A stretch of 64,000 nt of DNA from Octopus sinensis (lineage: Eukaryota), in assembly GCF_006345805.1 (NCBI RefSeq), contig NC_042999.1, positions 109,802,001-109,866,000 of the forward strand, in the 5' to 3' direction. Made by a program: the position numbers and the translations under genes. The notes under the pieces are model-generated. The model was not told the origin of the DNA, made no database searches, and saw only the letters and a program-made list of their open reading frames with translations. Positions 13,895 through 26,541 of the stretch are shown here, piece by piece. How positions within the stretch are numbered: position 1 is the first letter of the stretch; each line of letters starts with the position of its first letter.

Positions 13895-14117
13895 TCCGTT
13901 TGATACCAACTCGCCTGAAACTGCCTCTGGCGCTGTAGTACAAATGTTCTATTTTCAAAAGTGCTGAAGTAAAAACTTCCACCAAACCTTTAGTCATAAT
14001 TTATATTTCTAATACTGGCTTAATGATAACTAAGTTACTTTACTAAATTCTTTGTTACATTTAAAATTAATTGAAAGAAACACACAGCATCTCAACAGAA
14101 ATATGGTAACAAAAGGG
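13895..14117. mobile_element. piggyBac-type MITE
   Basis: TTAA at 13891-13894 and 14118-14121; ends GGTAACAAAAGGG; same internal sequence as 23438-23658. Confidence 0.8.
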
Positions 14118-14180
14118 TTAATAAGTAAATGTTGCCAATAGTGGTCAGGTGGCTGATGAAATGAGTTGTTAAATATGTGT

Positions 14181-14230
<50 letters not shown>

Positions 14231-14896
14231 TGTGTGTGTGTGTAACATTGTTGTTAGATTTGAGTGAAGAAGCACATTCAAGATTGTAGATGTGCCAAAC
14301 GGAGTTAATAACTTCTTAATGAGATATGAAGCATTATGAAACTATAGTAAGGAGTGGGAAACCTGGAAGATGTTCAACAGAATTAGCACTCAATATAACT
14401 ATTACAATCAAGAATAGAAATAGGGTTGGAGGATTTTGCATTTGACAAAACCTACTCTGGCAGCATGCTTTTGATAACAAAGTGTTTTAAACAGTGTCAA
14501 GGTTGAAGCTTGGATAGATTCATTTGACAAACTACCTCAAAATCACTGATAAAAAATATATTTTAGTATGCTTTAACTGGTTATAGAAAAAGAGTCCCTA
14601 AAATATGTGTCTCAATATCAATTATTAGTTAAGATTTGGACCATTTTGATATATATTCAAATACAAAGCCAGAGCTTTTCTTCTGAACAAAGTGTGAAAA
14701 CTATTCTCTAAATATGAATTTACTTCTTCAAGCACTTTCAAATTTGATGATAGATCAGCAGCTACATAATATATGCATTTTATGATATAGATTATGAACA
14801 TTTAATCATCTTAGATAAAAATGTTAGACTGTTTTTACATTTATTTATCAACCTGAATTTTTCTATATCCATTCCATATGTCTTCTGTGACTCTAC

Positions 14897-14939
<43 letters not shown>

Positions 14940-15193
14940 ACATATATATGCATGCATGTACACATACATATGTATATATATATTTAGTATGGCTGAATAA
15001 TTAAAAGGTTCACTTCCCAATCATGTGGTTACAGGTTCAGTTCCACTGCACAGCATATTGGTAGGTGTGGCTTATAGCCTTAGGTTAACTAAAGCTTTGA
15101 GTGAATATAACAGAAAAACTGAAAGAAGCCTACTGTGTGTGAAGGGTATGTATATATGTATATATATTATATATTTTATTAAATTATATTTAT

Positions 15194-15234
<41 letters not shown>

Positions 15235-17329
15235 CATACATACACTTATATGTATGTATGTATGTGTGCATATGTGTCCTATGTGTTTGTTTACATTTGT
15301 GCTTTACCAAAGCTGTGACCTATAATCAGATTATCAACTTCTATCAACAAATCACCCAATCACTTCATGCTTTTCAACATGTGTGAACTAAAAAATCTCT
15401 TAAATGGAAAAATTGGTAAGGCTTAGTAAGAAGAAGGGCATTTGGCTGCAAAATAATGCTTAAGTGATATATGTGCCTAATTAATTAACAAGCTAACATA
15501 GAAAAACAGATGAAAAATGAATGAATACACACACACACATGCATGCATATATGTATATGCACACACATGTACATAAATATAAACAGAGTGATAAAGCAGA
15601 GGGAAATAAACCATCAGAAGAGAAAGAGAGGAAGACAAACATGCTAAAAAGACGAAAGTATTAAGAATTAAGAATAAATAATTTAGAAGAGAGATAATTA
15701 AAGGATTTGAAATAACAAAATTATAACATTTGATTATTATTTGGTAAGTGTAACTAGTCAAGGTCAATATAGTAGAGTGACCTTGACTTGTTACTTTAAT
15801 AAATCTATAGGGTTTGTTTAGCAGTTGGTTACTGCATCTTAGCAATACTGGTGTTAGGGTGATTATTTCAGTGACCTGAGCACATAAACTAGTTTTGAAT
15901 CTCAATGGCAACTGTGTCATTTCTCATTAACTCTCTCCTCTAAATAAATATCCTTAAAGAAAATGTAAAATAAAGAGGAAGGGTAGCAATTACTCAAAAA
16001 GACATCTTTAAAAGAAGCTATGAGTGTAATTTAATTTTCATATCGTTATGGTTATTTTTTTTTATATAGACTTTTCCATAAATTCTTCATGTAGCGCAAT
16101 ATATTTTGGATTAATATGACAAGTCTAAACTTTCTTCAAACTGACCTATAATGACATCAGCCACAGCAGCAACAACACATATAACAACAACCACCACAAC
16201 TACCATCAATGTTTATGCCTCTGTTGTTCTTTTCCATTTTAGTATGTTACACATATTATTTTCTACATTTAGCAGGCCTTATTATGTTATCATTGTTAAG
16301 ATTGGTCATAAAAGGAGTTTTTGAAACCTGTTTACTATAACTAATAGGTACCTTTTCTCTACTGTACTTCCAGTACACTTTTAGTCATTTGACTTTTATC
16401 ATTACATTCTCCACAATTATTATAACATTTAGTTTTGTTATATTCACAGAATAACTCATTCCAGCATATACAATACATGTCATGATGGCTTTATTTACTC
16501 AAATCAAACCTAAATATTCCTTTTTTTAAATTTTGTCTTCAAACTATTCTGAGATTAATGATGGTGTTTTTGTTGTAAACATTAATATATTCAAGTGCAG
16601 CTTTATATTTAATTACGAAAATAATAAGGATTCTTGAAAGTTGATTTTTACTTCATTTGTTTTTGTTGATAGAAGTGTAAAAAATGTTGCAATAAGTTAT
16701 ATAATAGTTACAAAAATTTTTCTCATTAATAACTTCACAAGCATTTAATTTGGAACAATATTATAATCTAGGTTGCTTTTGTAAAGCATAATTTAAGCTT
16801 TAAATATTTATTAAGTTAAAAAATCAGTGGGAAATAAGAAAAAAAAGTTTAGAAAGTATGAAAAAAAAATCACACACACACAAAATACAGCAACACCTGT
16901 AATCATTTATTTTTTCTTCATTGATCAGAATATTTTGAAGAAATCATGTTAAATAAAAAAGAATCATATGAAACTTAGTGCCATCCAAGCTACCAATTAA
17001 AAAAAATACAAATAAAAAAAAGTGAAAATTAAATTTTATCGAAATATAAGCTCACACAATCTTATTTTTAATTTATAGTTATAAATCACAAATGGATTTT
17101 GTTATGGAATAGGAAAATATTTATCCACTTATATCAGGAACATATAAATAAAATAATTAAAAATTCTAACAACGTTTATGAAATAGGTATACCATTTAAG
17201 AATTTTAAAGGAAGTTGACATATTCATTATTTTATCAAAATAGACAATAATACTCAGACGTTAGGGAAAATCATTCGTAAACTCAGCAGAGTATTTACAT
17301 GGTATTCACTAGAATAAGAAATAAAAAAG

Positions 17330-17545
17330 GGAGCTGGATGAATTAGCATGCCAGACAAACCGTTTAGCAGCATTTCTTTCAACTTTACATTCTGAGTTCA
17401 AATCCTGCTACCATTGAATTTGCCTTTCATCCTTTTGGGAGTTGATAAAATAAATTACCAGTCATGTACTGGGGTTGATGTTACTGACATGACCCCACCC
17501 CCAAATTTTCAGGCCTTGTACAAATGGTAGAAAGTATTATTATTA
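17330..17545 (+). mobile_element. SINE family A
   Basis: GAGTTCAAATCC B box and GCCTTTCATCC central motif. Confidence 0.8.
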
Positions 17546-18087
17546 CAACTAATACTAATACTACCATTATCGCTGTTGATGTTGGAAATTATTTATTTGC
17601 TTGAAATCTAGAAAATAAGATGCAAATGCATTTTTTTGCAGTTTCATATTTTTTTCTAGTAATATATATATACAGTTATTCAACTATCTCTTTCGCTTTC
17701 ATATATTAACAGTTTAGATCTTAATTATAAAAAAGATATGAAACCATTATTCTATACTAATTTAGTTAATTGAAAGATAGAAATTTAAATGTAATAAAAT
17801 GTTTTAAAAGAAATTTGAAGTGCCTGTGTGATAACTATAAACCTACTTTTGGGCTACCCTGTATATATATATATATAGTGAGTTTTGGTAACAAAATTCT
17901 TAAGTTTATAGATTTTCAGATAGAAATAGTTTAATAGTCTGAATCTAATAATGCTTAATTTCATTATTTTGGAAATTAAGAAAATTAAAATCCAAATTAA
18001 TGTTAATAATACAACAGCTAGAAATAAGGATTCCACTTTTTTTTTCCATCTCTTTATCACCATTACAAAAAAAAATAAAAATTAATA

Positions 18088-18500
18088 GGTGCAGGAGTGG
18101 CTGTGTGGTAAGTAGCTCGCTTACCAACCACATGGTTGCGGGTTCAGTCCTACTGCATGGCACTTTGGGCAAGTGTTTTCTACTATAGCCTTGGGCTGAC
18201 CAAAGCCTTGTGAGTAGATTTGGTAGACGGAAACTGAAAGAAGCTGGTTGTGTATATATATATATATATATTAATATGTATATGTTTGTGTGACTGTGTT
18301 TGTCCCCCTAACATTGCTTGACAACCATTGCTGGTGTGTTTACATTCCTGTAACTTAGCAGTTCGGCAAAAGAGACCGATAGAATAAGTACTAGGCATAC
18401 AAAGAATAAGTGCTGAGGTCGATTTACTCAACTAAAGGCGGTGCTCCAGCATGGCCACAGTCAAATGACTGAAACAAATAAATAAATAAATAAATAAAAT
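18088..18500 (+). mobile_element. Full-length SINE family B
   Basis: GGAGTGGCTGTGTGGTAAG head, GGGTTCAGTCC, internal (TA)n, GACTGAAAC and (AAAT)n tail. Partial copies at 10400-10562(-), 14988-15140, 20498-20660, 44398-44672, 50870-51215(-) and 54244-54600. Confidence 0.88.
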
Positions 18501-20907
18501 AAAAAATTCTATCCTATTTCACAAAATCATCACTATTGTTGCTGATATGATGAATAGATCTGATAAACTATTACAAAATCATAGAACCTCATAAATTTTT
18601 TAGGGCAGAATCAGTAGAGCATCAGTGAAGTGTTAGCTTGCAATATTTAGTTGTGCTGTAGTCCCAACAGTTACTTTTTTGAGTTCAAATCTCTCCAGAG
18701 CTGATGTTGACTCTTATCTTGCTTGAATTCATTAAATATTAGTTAAGTAGTAACATTGATTTAATCAAATATCTTACGATGCATTTCCTAAAATGTCGTG
18801 GCTTTGTACCAATGTGAGAAAGCATTGTAGATAATAAGAGAATCAGGATAGCACCAGACAAAATCAAGTACAGCATTTAGTCAGGCCCTTTACCTACTCA
18901 AATAAAATCCAACAAGGGACACTGCTTTCTAGAGTTAACAAAATAAAATACCAGTCAAATAAGTGGCAAAGCTGGTGCAATTGATATTAAGAGACATCTT
19001 TCCTAAATTTGTGACTTCATGCTAATGTAAAAAATACTTCTTTATCTATAATAAATGTTTATGTGGTATTGTAATAGTAAGTTATAGATCGTGGACAGAA
19101 TAAAGTTCTTCTTTGCACTGCATTTATATGTTAGCACACTTAGGAGGTATTTAAATGTTATAATTTCTTCAGAACTCTATAATATTATTGAGAAACATAA
19201 CTATTATAAATACAGCAGTTGTTGTTATCCCTATTTTTATAATTATTAACATACTTTCATTAATATTATTTCTATTAACACTGGAATGAAAACTACTATC
19301 TCAAAAGAAAGTAAAAAATTAGCAACTTAATTATAAAGATACCTTGTTCTAATTTTATTTTTCTGTATAAAAGAAATAACATTTTTTTCCACTTATTTTT
19401 CACAAAACTGAAATAGCTTTTATTTGTTAGTAAGTATTATTGTATGTTGCACACAGATACACACACATGTATATATAGACTTTCTTGTGCAACTGTGTGT
19501 GTATGTGTGTGTATTTTTTAATTATTATAAATCTTCCACTGAGGAGGGAGCCGGTTTCCAACAAAGATGTGTGTGTGTAACCCTTGGGGTAACACACACA
19601 TATACATTCAATAACAGCCTAATAACAAAAGACCGTGTAACCAAAAACAAAACAAAAGATAATAAATAAAAATCTGCTAAATTGTCTTTTACTCTCATTC
19701 TTTGTTATATCTAATACAGGTAACACATGTGGCAGTTTAGAAGAATTCGTTATAATGAAAAAAAAAAAAAAATAGCAGGAATGCCAGAATAAAATATATT
19801 AATTTCATTGCTAATAACTGAACAGAAATATGCAAAACACCTCAATTATTGACCTCTTAGGCTGCATATGTGCAAGATCATAAACACATGAGTGTGCATG
19901 TGAGTGCATGTATGCGCATATGTATGCATATGTTTTGCATGTGCACATGAAGTTGTAGTAATTTTACCACTACGAAATTGCTATGTTTTACAAGTTGAAT
20001 GTTGGCTATACTCTGTGAATATGAGTTTTTGATTTCGTTTTCTAATTAACATCAACACAGATATTGGTATAGTATGGGTTTAGGTGTACTGTTGATAAAA
20101 TAAAATTAAAATAATATTCCTTTCCCCAAAGCTTTAATATTTACATTTGGCAAACCATAATAACATACATAGTTCCAGATTCAAATTCTTGAATACTCTA
20201 GCAAACTTTTTATACTGAAATATATTTTTTGATGTATATACGAAATATTCATCTTTAAGATAATTCATTTCAATTTTATAAGTATTAAATTCAACCAGGT
20301 TGAGCATTTCTGATTTGATTTATTACACATTCTCAGTTCTGCTTAGTGAAATAAGCTCTTCCACATTTTTTTTCTCTCCTAACATAAAAAAATAACGTAT
20401 ATGAATGTATACATTTTAAAATACATTCATGCAAAGGTATACTAAATGAATTTATGTTAGGGCATAAGGAGTGTATGGAAACTTATTTCAATATATGTAG
20501 GCGCGGGCATGGCTGTGTGGTTAGGGAGCTTGCTTCCTAGCTACATGGTTTCGGGTTCAGTCCCACTGCATGGCACTTTGGGTAGGTGTCTTCTACTATA
20601 GCCCCAAGCCGACCGGAGCTTTGTGATTGAATTCGGTAGGTGGAAGTTACTGCCGTGTGTGTATGTGTGCGTATAGCTGCTCAGTGCCTCTCCGAAAGAG
20701 AGAGAGGGTATGCATGCATATGTGTGTGTGTGTGTGTGTGTGTGTATGTGATTTGATTTTTTATGGGCCTTGTTTATATAATATAGTTGTGGGGCCGATT
20801 CTATATGGCCCTCCAGTAAGTTTTGCACTGAAGTATAATGATGTGGTGTTTGAGAAATATTCAATATTCATCTTTAACTATCTTTATAAATGATGATGAT
20901 GATGATG

Positions 20908-20954
<47 letters not shown>

Positions 20955-21562
20955 TGTAAATTCATTCAAATATAGTCATCCATGAGACTAATTGTTTGTA
21001 TCTTCAGGCACCATGTTGGTGGAGCTAATACTGAAATGAATATTGTGTTCACTGGTTTAAACATAAAGGGATATAAGTAGTGGCTAGATATTTTCACCTA
21101 CAACTATATTCTAGTTTTACATAATGTATTGAAAACTCTTTTCATTCATGAATTCATTTGAAAACATCCGGCTATATATATATATATAGTTATGTAGATA
21201 ACATCATAAACATCATCATCATTTCACATTTGTTTTCCATGCTGACATGAATAGGACAGAAGATGTGGAACACTTTATGGATTTGTATGTTATCCTTGTT
21301 GGGGGGCTTTTCTAATTTTCTCTGTATTGTTCATGACACCCACATATATACATGCAATCAACAACCACACACACACACACATATACATACATTTACACAC
21401 ACACACACACACACACATACACACACACATACACACCCTCATATACATGACATGATGCTATTTTCTGCTGCCCTTTTCTTTGGTTTATTATCATATTCCT
21501 TTCTCTCTAAAGATGAATTTATTTCATGTTTAAATAAATTCAACTGTTTTATACAAAACAAG

Positions 21563-21699
21563 TATTTACATTATTTACATTTGAAGGGATATTTGTCCTC
21601 ATCTTGTTTGTTGTTAACACAACGTTTTGGCTGATATACCCTCCAGCCTTCATCAGGTGTCTTGGGTACTCATTCCTAAGGTATTTTTCCATGTTGTTG

Positions 21700-21731
<32 letters not shown>

Positions 21732-21804
21732 CTGGTCACTGCCCGGAATTGAACTTGGAATCTTAACCACTATGTCATATGCCGAGTTCTATTCCAGGCA
21801 GTGA

Positions 21805-21835
<31 letters not shown>

Positions 21836-22029
21836 GATAGTAATGATAATGATAACAACATTGAAAAATACCTTAGGAATGAGTACCCAGGTTCAAAATT
21901 TCCCCAAGACACCTGATGAAGGCTGGAGGGTATATCAGCAGAAATGTGTTAACAACAAACAATATGAGGACAAATATCCTTCAAATGTAAATAATGTACA
22001 TAATTCCTCATCTCTTAAATATAGAACTG
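21563..22029. mobile_element. Palindromic element with two divergent tRNA-like heads and two hammerhead-like motifs (copy 1)
   Basis: Left and right halves are reverse complements. Each arm reads tRNA-like head - (AAT)n - GACAC CTGATGA A GGCTG..CAGC(C/A) (G/A)AAA.. - tail. Direct repeat AAACAAGTATT at 21556-21566 and 22030-22040. Confidence 0.88.
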
Positions 22030-22223
22030 AAACAAGTATTGTTGTCATAATTGCAAGAAATTTATTTTTGTTATTCCTGTCATTAATTACACCCCCACAC
22101 ATAATACATGGATACATACACACATTCATATGTAAATGTATAAATCATCTAAGAGTCTGTAAATCAGGGAAAAAATGCATATTTTTTGTCTATTTGTCAA
22201 TAGAGTGGGTATATTATCTGAAG

Positions 22224-22435
22224 TGTACAGTATTATATACCCATTATGGCCGATCTTATCAATTAGTTTCACACAAGGAATTCAATGGAATGTTAGGTAA
22301 CATTCCGATTATGTAACTCTGCATTCATCAGAGGTAGCTGGGTTACATAATTGGATTGTTACCTAGCAATCTGCTGAATCCCTAGAGTGAAACCAATTGG
22401 TAAGATTGGCTGTAATGATTATATAATATTGTACA
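22224..22435. repeat. Long hairpin / Tc1-mariner-type MITE
   Basis: Arms of ~98 nt (22224-22322 and 22337-22435) are near reverse complements around a ~14-nt loop; TA|CAGT...ATTG|TA ends. Confidence 0.85.
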
Positions 22436-22914
22436 ATATATATATATATATACACCCATGCAAGGCAGTGTAAATATTCCATGGAAACATGGTCTGGTTA
22501 GGGAATAGGTGAATGTTGGTGACATGGAAAGTATCCAGCCTTAGAAAATATGCCTTAGTGAATTTTATCTGACTTGTGCATGCATAGAAAAGTGAACATT
22601 GATGATGAATGCTTACATATATTCAAATACATATCCACACACACATACATATATATATGCACATATGTATGTGCGTGTATACATATATACTAAACCATTA
22701 GATCATCTGACATGGCTTTTCATCCTTTTAGAGTAGATAAATGAATTACTTGTTCTGTACTAGGGCTGACTCCCCTATCTGTTTATCTTTTTTTTTTTTT
22801 TGCTTGCTTTTCTTGAAACATCAGTACAGAGAGCTATGGCCTCAATTTTTATATTTACTAGTTTCAGCTCAGGAGCTGAGACCATGCTGAAGCACCAGAT
22901 GATTAAAGGTCAAT

Positions 22915-23427
22915 TAAATACTATACAAAATAATCTTTGAATCGAAATTATCTTTTGTTTCTAGAGAAGGCAAAAAAAAAATGCCTAGTGACAACTGCAA
23001 CCGTCTTTGAATGAGTAAGGGAGATAATCTCAAGAATCAAGTAGCTTCAGGAACTGACATGCCATGAAGTGGCCTTAAACCACTCCAAGTTATTGCTTCG
23101 AACAAATTACCCTATTCTATAAATATTCTCTATTGCTTTCCTGCTCTCAAAGTAATCTCTCTGCAGGATTTGAAGTAGGAGAACTGCTGTGCTGATGATG
23201 CCTACAAAAGTAGAAATACATGTGCACAGCAAGCTGTTCCCTTGTTTCCAGACAATCAGACTGCCTATTCTTTAATATCATATCAACTCACAAGAATACT
23301 TGATTCTTGAGATTGTCTATCTTTCTTTGACAGAGTTGGTTGCAACTGCCACCAGGCAATTGATTTACCTTCTTTGGCAGTGAAGATAATTTTGATAAAT
23401 CAAAAATTCATTCTGTATATTACTTAA
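22915..23427. repeat. Degenerate long inverted-repeat element with a hammerhead-like vestige in the spacer
   Basis: Arms of ~150 nt (e.g. AATCTCAAGAATCAAGTA versus TACTTGATTCTTGAGATT). Spacer 23185-23231 reads TGCTGTG CTGATGA..GAAA..ACATGT G CACAGCA. Confidence 0.7.
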
Positions 23428-23437
23428 AGTACATTAA

Positions 23438-23658
23438 CCCTTTCATTACCAACCCGGTTGAAACTGCCTCTGGCTCTGTAGTACAAATATTTTGTTTTCA
23501 TAAGTTTTTAATTAAAATCTCCCACCAAAACTTAGTCACAATTTATGTTCTTAGCACTAGCTTAATGATAACTAAGTTATTTTACTAAATTCTTTGTTAT
23601 ATTTAAAATAACTGAAAGAAACATAGAGCATCTCAAAATAAATATGGTAATGAGAGGG
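23438..23658. mobile_element. piggyBac-type MITE
   Basis: TTAA TSD at 23434-23437 and 23659-23662; TIRs CCCTTTCATTACCA / TGGTAATGAGAGGG (13/14 match). A 5' fragment also occurs at 60373-60428. Confidence 0.9.
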
Positions 23659-23709
23659 TTAAGTTGTTTACAAATACACAAACATTGAAAGACCAAGTGA
23701 GTTGAAATA

Positions 23710-23864
23710 TTTTCAGAAATGAAGGGAATCTTAACTGCAGGAAAATAGCTGTAAAAACAGCTTTAGAAGATCAGTTTTCCTCTCTGTAGGGGTATTTTAC
23801 TCGATTTTTTAAAGCTGTTTTTACATCTATTTTCCTGCATCTGAGATTTCCTTCATTTCTAAAA
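23710..23864. repeat. Hairpin / MITE-like inverted repeat
   Basis: Arms of ~60 nt: AGAAATGAAGG..TGCAGGAAAATAG.TGTAAAAACAGCTTTA and its reverse complement; ~30-nt spacer. Confidence 0.85.
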
Positions 23865-24837
23865 CCATTAATTTGTTTTTGCTGTTCAAATTCAAGCTAC
23901 TGGCCACTCTGAACTATATCTTTAGCTTGACTTTGGCACATATGTGTGTGTGTGTGTGTGTGTTGTGCGTGTGTGTATATTTATATACATACACACATAT
24001 GTATATGTGTGTGCACATGCAAAATATTCTGGTGTTACTTCTGTGAGAAAATATTTTTAAACTATCTTATTATTATTTCATCAAATTGTGATTTTTTTTG
24101 TTTGTTTTTGGTTGAAATATACAAGAGTATGTTTGTATGAAGTTATTTTGGTTAAGTGTGTATGTATGTATGCATGTGTCTGTGTATGTGTGTGTGTACA
24201 ATTGCTTTTTTGCTTTGTGTTTGTGTATGGCATGTGTGTGCCAATCAATATATTCATGTATAAATATCACCCTATTTCTATTGTTCACTATTTTTATGTT
24301 TATCATGTATTTTAAAAACATTTTCTTTCACTTCTTACAACCTATCTCCCTACCATTACACATTTTTCTTTATATGTTCACATGCCTGTACATACACACA
24401 CAAACGTGTATGTACATATGCGTGTGATTACATGTATTATATATATATATGTATGAAGTATTTTTACATTATTCATTGCATTGATTTGTTGGTTGTTTTC
24501 ACTAATTTGCATGGAATATATAAAGCAGTATAAATGCAAGTTCAGTAGTATTTTGCCCCCTATGAGGTTCCAAGTGTGAACTAAAACAAATGGAACTCAC
24601 CTGTAGGGTAAATGCTCCAATAATAAATATATTATTATTGCTGCATATTAAAATTCATAGAGTACTTTATTGAGCCGTGAACTTGGTTTTGAGACTGATT
24701 CACCTAACTTATAGTAATTTATATTCTGTAGTCTGGTGCAGGTGTTCATCAAGGTTTGGTTCTCTGCCCCTTCCTATTTCTTGTAGTTCTGAAAGTCATG
24801 ATAGGAGGAGTTTAAGACTGGTTACCCATAATGACTT

Positions 24838-25440
24838 TAGTATGCTAAAGGCTTAGTTCTTATAGCAGAGTGTGAGGAAGGCTCAGAGAAGAAATTTCAG
24901 TTGTGGAATTAAAGCCTAGACTAGCGCAGTCTCCGAGTAATCTTGGAAAAGGCTGAAGTATTACTGCTATGTAGGAAAGACGAGTGGACTCTGCTGCTAA
25001 TGGCTGTGCTCAATATGCAGGAAGTGAGTAGGTGGAAACTTAAAAAGTGTACACAGTGTGAACTATGGGAGCATAAAGACTGATGCCACATGGTAGTGAG
25101 ATGTCGGCATTGAAAGCAATGGAGGTGCAAATACTGCCAAGAAATGAAGTAAGCATATTCTTCTGGATGTGTAATGTTAAATTGCTATAGATGAGAAAGG
25201 TTGAAAAACTGGGTATCAGAGGAACCAAATGTGATGTGCAGGAGAGATGAGGGTGGTGATATGGACCCACATGGAAGGTAATTGTGGAAAAAGATATGGT
25301 GAGAAGCAGTGGAAACTAATTTCAGGATGTACAACCTCACAACAAAGATGACCAAAAGACTTGACAAATGTCAAGACAAAGACTGAGTTGAAAAAGGCCC
25401 ATCCAACTCCTACATGTATGGAAAAGTGGACATAATGATA
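24838..25440 (+). mobile_element. Decayed RTE-clade LINE (RT to 3' end, internally deleted)
   Basis: Translates YAKGLVLIAE..EKKFQLW..LRVILEK (degenerate YADD region), CTQCELWEHK, RNEVSIFFWMCNV and EKLGIRG..VQER, with stops and frameshifts. Confidence 0.8.
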
Positions 25441-25451
25441 TATATAATAAT

Positions 25452-25690
25452 AGGGCGGTCAGCTGGCAGAATTGTTACCATGCCAGGTGAAATGTTTAGC
25501 GGTATTTCGTCTGCTGTTATGTTCTGAGTTCAAATTCTACTGAGGTCAACTTTGCCTTTCATCCTTTTGGGGGTTGATTGAATAAGTACCAGTTACACAC
25601 TGGGGTCGATGTAATCAACTTAATCCATTTGTCTATCCTTGTTTGTCCCCTCTATATTTAGCCCCCTGTGGGCAATAAAGAAATAGATAA
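25452..25690 (+). mobile_element. SINE family A (subtype with CTTGTTTGTCCCCTC tail)
   Basis: Same subtype as ~47385-47620(-) and 61250-61490(+). Confidence 0.85.
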
Positions 25691-25896
25691 TGATATATAT
25701 TCCCAACCAAAACTGTCTGACGAACAGGACGTGAAATGAGTAACAGCTTTTGTGATGTCTTTGCAGCTTTGTTAATAAACCATATATTACTCTACCTCCA
25801 GTATTTGAGTACTATTTTTTTCCCACCTTGTTCCACATTTATGTGCTTACTCTGGTATATATATATATATATATATATATTTATAGTTATATATGG

Positions 25897-26185
25897 AAGC
25901 ACATGGCCTAGTAGTTTTGCTGTTGCACTCATGATCATGAGATTGTGGCTTTGATTCCCAGATCAGCAGTGCATTGTATTCTTGAGTAAAACACTTCACT
26001 TCATATTACTCCAGTCCATTCAGCTGTAAATGGGTAAACCCTATGATGGACTGGCATTGCATTCAGGGAAATGTTGGTCTATCTACCTAGTCAGCAGGAT
26101 GGCATAATTCAAAAGCCACAACAATGCAAAATGCATGGTAACCAGCAGGGTATAACAATATTTGATAGTTTGGTTGACTCCATAA
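25897..26185 (+). mobile_element. SINE family D
   Basis: CACATGGCCTAGTAG..TTGATTCCC..GAGTAAAACACTTCAC..GATGGACTGGCA. Confidence 0.7.
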
Positions 26186-26541
26186 TATAATTATATATAA
26201 CATATATTGGAAATTTCACACTTAGAGTAGATTCTGGTTTCAGAATTCTGCACCTATAGGAACTACAAAGTAAGGACATTTCGTAATATGACCCATAGTT
26301 TCACTCTCATCAGAAAGTGAAAGTAAAAGCAGTAGAAATAAAAGGAGTCATAAAGTGATTTTGCTGGAGAGTGAACTTCATGTTTTGATGTAGAAACAAA
26401 ACTCAGCAATCTTACAAAAGACACTGCAATGTCTACAGATATGTGACAAAAACACAAAATTTAGATAAATACGTAAGTATTTATGCTCTATTAATGGCTC
26501 CAACATATATTTTTCTACAGATCTAATAAGATGCTTTATAT

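Noticed and set aside
19690-19725. Plus-strand pyrimidine tract plus CAG|GTAAC, a recursive-site look-alike
   Set aside because: Opposite strand to the supported gene; such motifs are expected by chance in AT-rich DNA.
26270-26320. CTGATGA..GAAATGTC hammerhead-like match on the minus strand
   Set aside because: No stem I complementarity and a poor stem II.
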